DNA of 64,000 bases from a virus: IMG/VR virus record IMGVR_UViG_3300024239_000132, positions 9,250-73,249 of that record; one strand, 5' to 3'. Below the pieces are notes generated by a model. The model saw only the letters and a list, made by a program, of their open reading frames with translations, made no database searches and was not told the origin of the DNA. The translations under genes were made by a program, and so were the position numbers. Every line of letters begins with the position of its first letter. Positions within the stretch are counted from its first letter, which is position 1. This document shows positions 57,044 to 64,000 of the stretch, piece after piece.

Positions 57044-57400
57044 TCAGTAGTTGAATATCCACACAGGCTTGTTCAGCTTCTGCATGGTCTCGATCATGTG
57101 CTTGGTGCCCTTGGACTGACCGTCCCAGAAGGCTATGAGAGCGTCAGCAACAGCTGCCATTTCAGCATTGCGACGGTAGCCGGCTGAGCGGCCATAACGG
57201 CCCCAGTCAGCAGGCATTTCGATCGTTGGCCACTGGTTCCAGGACCAGATTTCATAGGCCGTAAGATCAGCACCACGAGCCATACCGCAGATGAGCGTTG
57301 GAGCTTCCTTGAGCTCACTAAGCTCAGTGATTGAGCTGATGCCTTGATACATGAAGTTCAGGTCTGTGAAGTCACGGCCACCAGCAATGATGAGGTTCAT
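57044..57400 (-). CDS. SLOG-family (DUF2493/YspA-like) protein
   Basis: IIAGGRDF, GMARGAD, AGYRRNAEM, FWDGQSKGTKHMI. Confidence 0.85.
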   Translation of the reverse strand: MNLIIAGGRDFTDLNFMYQGISSITELSELKEAPTLICGMARGADLTAYEIWSWNQWPTIEMPADWGRYGRSAGYRRNAEMAAVADALIAFWDGQSKGTKHMIETMQKLNKPVWIFNY

Positions 57401-57424
57401 GAGAGTTCTCCTGAGAGGGTTAAT

Positions 57425-57444
57425 TCCATCAGAAGCGAAGCTCT
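57425..57444 (-). promoter_or_regulatory. vRNAP hairpin promoter (imperfect stem)
   Basis: TCC-ATCA-GAAGC-GAA-GCTCT. Confidence 0.7.
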
Positions 57445-57712
57445 TCAGGAATGTTCAGCAGTCCGACTGTTCATAGGAACAGGATGCTGGTGAGTTCAGC
57501 ATGTAGAGGCATGCTGAGGCGATGATGATGCCTATGGTGAGGGCATCGAGATGTGCTCGTAGAGCACGAATGAAGTTGAGCATGGAGTTGACTCCACTTA
57601 ACTGATGCCCAACTGCGTTGAGCATCGTCTGCGCCTTCGGCTTGACTATCCCGTGAGTGTTATCCCAAGGATAAGTTTACCGGTGAGAGCCGAAGCTCCC
57701 ACCGATAGGGTT

Positions 57713-58042
57713 TCAGGCCGCTTTCGCAGCCTGAGGATTGACGATGGATTGAAGTTTGGAGAAGGTTTCATTGTAATACTTTTCCAATGCAGGATCTTTA
57801 CAATGATCTTCGATCTTTTTCTTGCGTTCAGCAGTCTCGAGAGAGATTTCCTCGAGCTTACGCTCTTGGTGCAAGTATAGATCTACCTTCTGATCGAAGC
57901 GTTGCTTCTCCTGTTGGTGACGGACAAAGGCATTGGCCATGTCCAGTGAGTTGGATACTGTGTTTACAATACCAGATACTGCATTTGCAGTGTCGGATAC
58001 TGTGCTGAGGATAGAGCCTACAGCGATACGTGCATTAGCCAT
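57713..58042 (-). CDS. N4 gp1-like first early protein
   Basis: MANARIAVGSILSTVSDTANAV...; first gene after the outermost vRNAP promoter. Confidence 0.7.
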   Translation of the reverse strand: MANARIAVGSILSTVSDTANAVSGIVNTVSNSLDMANAFVRHQQEKQRFDQKVDLYLHQERKLEEISLETAERKKKIEDHCKDPALEKYYNETFSKLQSIVNPQAAKAA

Positions 58043-58065
58043 GATATGATCTCCGATGGAACAAT

Positions 58066-58085
58066 TCCATGAGATGCGAAGCATC
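58066..58085 (-). promoter_or_regulatory. vRNAP hairpin promoter (P1-like)
   Basis: TCC-ATGA-GATGC-GAA-GCATC. Confidence 0.88.
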
Positions 58086-58321
58086 AGAACCATGATGAAC
58101 CATGGGGTAGGGTCATATGTGTTAGTGTTATGACCGGGGGGAGTGTTTAGTGTTGAAGGTGTTAGAACACCAATACTGTAGCTAGACCTACATACGACTT
58201 CCCGAAAAACCCAAAAATATTATAAAATTTCTACATATACGCGGATATGTTTGGGGTAGCTTACTTATACATGAGGGGAGCCAACTCTGCGTGAATTGGC
58301 CCCTCCCCTCTTGGTTCGGCC

Positions 58322-58825
58322 TTAGCCTACGATTACCCAGTCCCCTGCGAGGACATCTGTCTGAGATGCGAGCCAAGGAACTACGTTATCTTGAGCAGAC
58401 TTCATGGCGATGTAAGCTCCATAGGGAACTAGACCATCCTCATGCTTGGCTGCAATTGCATGACCTGCTGGAGTCGTCGGGGGGTAACGGTTCTCTGGAA
58501 CCAGGTAGAGATACATCCCCTTACCGTTCCAGCCTTGACGAGCTACGCGCATACCCTTCTTGAGCATACCCAGTGCATCACTGAAATTCAGGCTAGTGCT
58601 GGAGAATGGTTCGTAAGCTCGATCGAAGACATCCTTAGGTGACCAGCTGATATAGCCTGCATGATCGGGATGATTGGATTTACCTCCGTCAGTGTACTCG
58701 ACGAGGTAGCCCTCATCCTCACCGTTCTCGTCAGCAGGCAGAGTCCATCCTCGGTAGTTATTGTAGCTCAGCCGATCCATTGGCGTAGCCCGAACCAACT
58801 TGGTCCCTAGATACAGTGCAGTCAC
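58322..58825 (-). CDS. DUF2829 (Tad2-like) domain fusion protein
   Basis: N-terminal YLGTK...GYLVEY...SWSPKDVF; C-terminal FSDAL...VARQGWNGKGM...PWLASQTDVLAGDW. Confidence 0.8.
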   Translation of the reverse strand: MTALYLGTKLVRATPMDRLSYNNYRGWTLPADENGEDEGYLVEYTDGGKSNHPDHAGYISWSPKDVFDRAYEPFSSTSLNFSDALGMLKKGMRVARQGWNGKGMYLYLVPENRYPPTTPAGHAIAAKHEDGLVPYGAYIAMKSAQDNVVPWLASQTDVLAGDWVIVG

Positions 58826-59151
58826 TGGTCTTCTCCGTCGTTGTCTATCTGTATGAAAAGAAAACGGGGAGGAGTTGAACCAGGAGAGGCAAGGAACCCC
58901 GGCTTAACTCGACTCCCCATTCCCTAAGGTAAGCCAGATGGGCTGACTTCCTTGGCTCCCCCTGTTGGATTGAACCAGCAGGCCCAGTGAAGCTCACCGG
59001 AAAGCACTGACACAAGACCATACGAGCAAGCTCGGAGGAAAGGCGTCCTTGTCAGTTGTGGCGGTTATCTGCCCCACCGACCACTTGGGTAATGAAACGC
59101 AGTCTTCGTTTCTTGAGATCCAGATATGTCACAAACTTTAAGAGAGCAACA

Positions 59152-59168
59152 ACAATCTTTGAGATTGT
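59152..59168. promoter_or_regulatory. 17-bp palindrome, copy 2
   Basis: (A)ACAATCT-TTG-AGATTGT(T), in the divergent intergenic region. Confidence 0.5.
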
Positions 59169-59409
59169 TATGAGAGAGTTGAAGTTTCTCCCTCCAAAAT
59201 GTAGGTGAGAAAGGGGGTTTATCCCCTTTCGACAATATCTCCCTCCTTCCCTCCCCCTAGAATTAAAGGAGTGATGAACCCGAAGGAGTGGATCAACTTT
59301 TAAGGTGGTTTCTTAAAAGTCTTCTCTAAGCTGTTGAAAAGCTATATATCCCCTGAAACCTATCCTGTCTAGGGGGGTTTAGAGACAGGCCAACAGGGAG
59401 CCTAAGACT

Positions 59410-60180
59410 ATGGAAATCAACGAGGATCTGCTGATCAAGAAGGCCGTGGCACCAAGAGTGACACTGGAAGCCCTTGAAGCGAACATCGTCGCAGAACACT
59501 ACTTCACTGCCTACGAAGGCAGGATGGGTTCGATCGTAGAAGGGACCTATGAGACCAAAGGGTCACAAGCAGGCACCGATATCGATCTGGAGAGCATCAA
59601 GCTCCTGACCTTCTGTGTCCTGGTTCTGAAGAATGGCTATACCGTTCATGGTGTCTCAGGCTGTGCCAGCCCGGAGAACTTCAATCGTGACATCGGTATG
59701 AGCATTGCTCGCAACAATGCCGTCAATCAGATCTGGCCACTGATGGGCTACGAGCTGAAGACCAAGCTGATGCATCAGGAAGCCATTGCACAGGATGATG
59801 CCATGGGCCTTGCTCTGACTTCCCTGGTTCAGACCAGTATGGGCAAGCTCGAGATGAAGCCTGAGTATGCCAAGATCCTGCTGGATGAGATGATCCCTCA
59901 GACTGTCGAGAGCAACGAGAGCGTTGCCAAGATCGTACAGGCAGGAATCAAGGCATGGGCAGAGCTCAATGGGGATGAGAATATCCCCGAATGGCATGAG
60001 CTCTCGCAGAGCGACAAGGATATCTGGGCAGCTACGGTCTCTTATTACAGAGCCAACCCTGAGCCAGAGGAGGATGAGGCATTCGACCAGAAGCTGATCC
60101 GCTCACTGGTACTGGCCTCTTCCAACCCCCCTACCCTGCCAGCTTCACAGCGTAGGACGCATCTGAAGTTGGTGGATTGA
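59410..60180 (+). CDS. Phage gp49/66-family protein with additional C-terminal domain
   Basis: APRVT...LTFCVLVLKNGYTV.G.SGCASPENF...IG..IA...IWPLMGYEL. Confidence 0.8.
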   Translation: MEINEDLLIKKAVAPRVTLEALEANIVAEHYFTAYEGRMGSIVEGTYETKGSQAGTDIDLESIKLLTFCVLVLKNGYTVHGVSGCASPENFNRDIGMSIARNNAVNQIWPLMGYELKTKLMHQEAIAQDDAMGLALTSLVQTSMGKLEMKPEYAKILLDEMIPQTVESNESVAKIVQAGIKAWAELNGDENIPEWHELSQSDKDIWAATVSYYRANPEPEEDEAFDQKLIRSLVLASSNPPTLPASQRRTHLKLVD

Positions 60181-60186
60181 TCCGAG

Positions 60187-60370
60187 CCCGTCGTAACCGC
60201 GGTCCCAAGGCAACTGCCGCAGGCACGTTGCCGGCAGGGACTGAAGCGGTGAGGCGGGTGAGGAAGCGGAGTGGGTTGGGCCAGGGACAAGAACTCAACC
60301 CACCCCTTTCCGGCTGAGACCAGGGACACCGGATAAGCAAAGCCTAGATGCGGATCACCCTACCGCAACC
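60187..60370 (+). ncRNA. Candidate structured RNA upstream of the terminase operon
   Basis: 72-nt five-segment hairpin, then two stems with CCAGGGACA loops. Confidence 0.45.
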
Positions 60371-60394
60371 CGAATTAACAAAGGATTCAAGAGA

Positions 60395-61075
60395 ATGCTC
60401 ACCAAGGAAGAGGTTGCCAGAGCGCTGCCAGCAAACCTCAAAGGTGCTGCCACAGACAATCTGGTGAATGCCCTGAACAACATAGCGGCCGATCCGCTGG
60501 TTGCAGAGCAGATCCGCAACAACTTCATCAGCTACACCAGCGTGATGAAGGATGGGAAGTTCAAGACCGAGGATTACGTTTCGGCTGTCACCTATGTCTC
60601 GTACAAGCTGATGGGTTACTCGAACCTCGACAGCTACACCCGGACCTTCCCCAATCGCTACCAGACCCTGCTGGCTGCTGGACGTACCGGACAGGAAATC
60701 GCTGCCTACGTCTCGGCCTATAACCGCGGCAAACTGGTCAACCTGATCTACGAGCAGGTCCTGGTTCCCACTTGGGTGCTCAACCAGGATCTCTTTCAGA
60801 AGGCCATCAACACACAGGCCGAGCTGATGCTCGATCCTACGATCTCACCAAAGGTCAGGTCTGATGCAGCAAACTCTCTGATGACTCACCTCAAGAAACC
60901 TGAAACCAAAGAGTTCCAGATTTCTATGGACGTCAAGGAAAACTCTGGCCTGAATGAGTTGAAGGAAACTTTGAAAGAGCTTGCACAAACTCAGGCTAAC
61001 TTGATACAGAGCGGCGTTGAAACGAAACTCATTGCCGCTGCACCTCTGGTGGAGGGCGAATTCAAGGAAGTCTGA
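60395..61075 (+). CDS. N4 gp69-like protein (terminase small subunit candidate)
   Basis: NFISYTSV..GKFK.EDY, YNRGKLVN and VRSDAANSLMTHLK; upstream of TerL. Confidence 0.8.
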   Translation: MLTKEEVARALPANLKGAATDNLVNALNNIAADPLVAEQIRNNFISYTSVMKDGKFKTEDYVSAVTYVSYKLMGYSNLDSYTRTFPNRYQTLLAAGRTGQEIAAYVSAYNRGKLVNLIYEQVLVPTWVLNQDLFQKAINTQAELMLDPTISPKVRSDAANSLMTHLKKPETKEFQISMDVKENSGLNELKETLKELAQTQANLIQSGVETKLIAAAPLVEGEFKEV

Positions 61076-63655
61076 TTGCTCATAAAGAAGACACTGGACG
61101 AATGGCTCGACAGTGTTTCGTATGAGACATTGAACTCATCGTCGTATGTCCCGACCGAGTTCGCACTGACCTTCATGAATTTCATCAAGCTGGTGAACGG
61201 GAAGGACGGGGAGCAGAACAAGACGCCTCCCGTCCACCTTGCCATGCTCGACAAGATCGTCAGCCCTGTACAGCGAGTGGCCAACTTGTGCTTCCGTGGC
61301 TCGGGTAAGACTACCCTCTTCGGGGAATACTTCTTCCCCTACCTTGGGGTGTTCGGATACCTGCCCAACTTCGGCCGAGTGCCTGCTGCCATCTACGTCT
61401 CGGACTCGATGGACAACGGCGTCAAGTCGCTCCGGAAGAACATGGAGTTCCGCTACAAGAACTCTGAATTCCTTCAGGAGTGGATCCCGAAGGCGACCTT
61501 CACAGACAACTACATCGAGTTCCAGAACCGAGAGGGTGCTCTCTTCGGCCTTAAGATGTTTGGTGCAAAAGCCCTTAGCCTCGACAGTTCGGTCTATACG
61601 GTTGATGGCATCAGCTCGATCGGTGCCTGTCAACCTGGTGATAGGATATTTGGTCCCGACGGGCAGCTCACGACCATCACGGCCAAGAGCGAAGTCTTCT
61701 ACAAGCCGATGTATAGAATCAGGCTTCATGATGGTCGTGAGCTAAAAGTGTCAGAGGACCATCTCAATGTGGTCACCCAACTGCGCCAGCATACGACAGG
61801 CGAGCTCAAGGGCAGGATGTATTTCGAAGATCGTGTGCTCACGGTCCCGGAAATCCTGGAATACAGCCTAAAGAACGGATCCAATTATCGCTTCTGGATC
61901 AAGGCTACAGAGCCCCTTGCTTATCCTGAGCGCGATCTCCCGCTAGATCCATATACCCTAGGTCTTTTACTGGGTGACGGGCGCATCAAGGCAAATGGGA
62001 ATAGTGACCTCATCGCTCACGAGAGCGACTGGCCCGCCTATGAGCAGCATATCCCCTACCAGCTCGGCAAAGTCCAACGGGATAACCGCCGCCCCACTAC
62101 CATCACTCGTTCGGTTCGGGGCCTACAATCCAAGTGTATAGCTCTTGGGATCAACTGCCATGGCCGTAGTAAAGAAGTCCCTGCTGCCTATCTACGTGGA
62201 TCAATTAACCAACGGTTGGCCTTGCTCCAGGGCTTATTGGACACCGACGGCACAATTACCACTAATGGATACGTGAGCTTCTGCTCTCAATCAGAAAACC
62301 TGGCGCTGGGTGTGCTTACTTTAGTTCGCAGTCTTGGTGGCCTTGCGGTGCTTCAGCCCAGGAACGGACACTTCAAAGTTGGCATCAAGATCAACCTTCC
62401 GGTCTTTCGTCTTGCCCGTAAGCTGGAACGCCAGCGGTTCGATCGACGCACGATGGCACGCATTGAAGCTATCGAGCCGATTGAGCTCGAGCCAAGCCAG
62501 TGCATTGCTGTCGATAATGCTGACCGGCAGTTCCTGACGGACGGCTACACTCGCACACACAACACCGGCCTGCGAGGAACCAAGATCTTCGGTAAGCGCC
62601 CTCCGATCGCAGTGCTCGACGATCTCGTCAGCGATGATGATTCCAAGAGCCGGGCTGCCATGATGGCAATCAAGGATACGGTCTATAAGGGCATTGACTA
62701 CGCCCTCGATCCGACCCGTCGGAAGATCATCTTCAACGGTACCCCATTCAACAGCGAGGATATCCTGATCGAAGCTGTCGAGTCAGGCGCCTGGGACGTA
62801 AACGTCTGGCCAGTCTGTGAGACCTTCCCTTGTTCGCGTGAGGAATTCCAGGGAGCCTGGGAAGATCGTTTTACCTACGACTTCGTGAAGAAGCAGTATG
62901 ATGATGCTGTTCTGACCGGGAAGGTTGCAGCCTTCATGCAGGAGCTTATGCTCCGTATTACCTCGGAAGAAGAGCGTCTCGTACAGGATGCAGAGATACG
63001 CTGGTACAAGCGACAGGCCCTGCTCAATGCCAAGGGCACCTTCAATTTCTACATCACCACCGACTTTGCCACCTCGGCAAAGCAAACCGCGGACTTCTCG
63101 GTCATCTCGGTCTGGGCCTACAATGCCAACGGTGATTGGTTCTGGGTCGATGGCATCTGCGAGCGGCAGACCATGGACAAGTCGATCGATGATTTGTTCC
63201 GCCTGGTTCAGGAGTATAAGCCTCAGCAGGTAGGCGTAGAAGTCACCGGACAGCAAGGCGCCTTCATCAACTGGCTTCAGAACGAGATGATCACACGCAA
63301 CGTGTGGTTCAATTTTGCCAGCTCGGAAAAGAGTAATGCCCCGGGCATTCGTCCCGTGGTCGACAAGCTCTCGCGCTTCAACATCGTGGTCCCCTGGTTC
63401 AAGGCTGGCAAGATCTACTGGCCTGAGGAAATGAAACAGAGCCAGATCATGGGGCAGTTCATGAACCAGATCCGACTGGTTACCCAGTCCGGTATCAAGG
63501 GTAAAGACGACTGCATCGATACGATCTCGATGTTGGGTTACCTCAAGCCGTGGAGGCCGTCTGAGTCTATGCCTGTGACAAAACAGGAGATTGATGTCTT
63601 CGAGGAAGAGTACGCTGATATAAATGTAGGGGGACTTTCAACCTACATTGTGTAG
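61076..63655 (+). CDS. Terminase large subunit (N4 gp68-like) with intein
   Basis: FRGSGKTT Walker A, VLDD Walker B, nuclease TDFA and DDCID. Confidence 0.93.
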   Translation: MLIKKTLDEWLDSVSYETLNSSSYVPTEFALTFMNFIKLVNGKDGEQNKTPPVHLAMLDKIVSPVQRVANLCFRGSGKTTLFGEYFFPYLGVFGYLPNFGRVPAAIYVSDSMDNGVKSLRKNMEFRYKNSEFLQEWIPKATFTDNYIEFQNREGALFGLKMFGAKALSLDSSVYTVDGISSIGACQPGDRIFGPDGQLTTITAKSEVFYKPMYRIRLHDGRELKVSEDHLNVVTQLRQHTTGELKGRMYFEDRVLTVPEILEYSLKNGSNYRFWIKATEPLAYPERDLPLDPYTLGLLLGDGRIKANGNSDLIAHESDWPAYEQHIPYQLGKVQRDNRRPTTITRSVRGLQSKCIALGINCHGRSKEVPAAYLRGSINQRLALLQGLLDTDGTITTNGYVSFCSQSENLALGVLTLVRSLGGLAVLQPRNGHFKVGIKINLPVFRLARKLERQRFDRRTMARIEAIEPIELEPSQCIAVDNADRQFLTDGYTRTHNTGLRGTKIFGKRPPIAVLDDLVSDDDSKSRAAMMAIKDTVYKGIDYALDPTRRKIIFNGTPFNSEDILIEAVESGAWDVNVWPVCETFPCSREEFQGAWEDRFTYDFVKKQYDDAVLTGKVAAFMQELMLRITSEEERLVQDAEIRWYKRQALLNAKGTFNFYITTDFATSAKQTADFSVISVWAYNANGDWFWVDGICERQTMDKSIDDLFRLVQEYKPQQVGVEVTGQQGAFINWLQNEMITRNVWFNFASSEKSNAPGIRPVVDKLSRFNIVVPWFKAGKIYWPEEMKQSQIMGQFMNQIRLVTQSGIKGKDDCIDTISMLGYLKPWRPSESMPVTKQEIDVFEEEYADINVGGLSTYIV
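61571..62563 (+). mobile_element. Intein with LAGLIDADG homing endonuclease (331 aa)
   Basis: GAK|ALSLD...VSEDH...LGLLLGDG...LQGLLDTDG...QCIAVD...THN|TGLRG. Confidence 0.92.
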
Positions 63656-63684
63656 ATCCCTGTGAGGTTTTTCATGGGGTTCTC

Positions 63685-64000
63685 ATGCGGGTCAGTGATC
63701 TTTTCCAGAAGCTGTCTTACGGAGTCTTCTCCAATCTCTCCATCGGAATGGATGGAGCCGGCAACATTGCTGAGGACAAGAAGCCCAAGATAGTCTTCTA
63801 CCTGAACAATGCACTGACTCAGCTGCATTCCAGGTTCAATCTGAAGGAAGATACTATCCTGATCCAGCAGGATGGGGGTATCCGTCTTTACAGCCTGACG
63901 GTCGAGCATGCTTTGACGAACGCCACTGTTGCGACCAAGTACATCATCGACAGCGAAGCCAAGCCATTCGTAGGCGACCTCATCAAGGTCCTCGAGGTCC
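63685..64000 (+). CDS. N4 gp67-like virion protein (truncated by window end)
   Basis: MRVSDLFQKLSYGVFSNL...LNNALTQLHSRF...PFVGDLIKVLEV; synteny after TerL. Confidence 0.75.
   Translation, partial: MRVSDLFQKLSYGVFSNLSIGMDGAGNIAEDKKPKIVFYLNNALTQLHSRFNLKEDTILIQQDGGIRLYSLTVEHALTNATVATKYIIDSEAKPFVGDLIKVLEV

Noticed and set aside
57679-57704. Fifth vRNAP promoter (GAGC-CGAA-GCTC)
   Set aside because: 4-nt loop within a longer stem after the gp1 stop; fits a 3' hairpin better
58087-58100. LexA box (GAAC-N7-GAAC) beside the first early promoter
   Set aside because: Spacing is 6 nt

Overview
The window is most of the genome of an N4-like podophage (Schitoviridae), read across the presumed terminal junction. 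On the + strand it carries the late/virion module: major capsid, gp55-gp51-like proteins and a 3452-aa virion RNA polymerase. On the - strand come the replication/middle genes (RuvC-like resolvase, SSB, AAA ATPase, primase, exonuclease, PolA, helicase, ThyX, Dcd, MoxR/vWA) and the early region (RNAPII subunits, gp2, gp1), driven by four recognisable vRNAP hairpin promoters. The terminase genes follow on the + strand, and TerL contains an Ala-starting LAGLIDADG intein. The most notable feature is an apparently complete lysogeny module in a phage group usually regarded as lytic: a tyrosine integrase, an overlapping excisionase-like gene, and an attP made of the 3' part of tRNA-Val(CAC) flanked by CATACA arm-type repeats. 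No obvious repressor is visible in the window. Beside attP lie a lipoprotein gene and a compositionally foreign ~7 kb block that includes a tRNA-shaped ncRNA. Other observations are several multi-hairpin intergenic elements, a 20-aa hydrophobic peptide with its own antisense transcription unit, a five-member paralogous early mini-protein family, and two putative nucleotide-sponge anti-defence genes. The host is probably an alphaproteobacterium (inference). All calls come from reading the sequence by eye; no searches were run.
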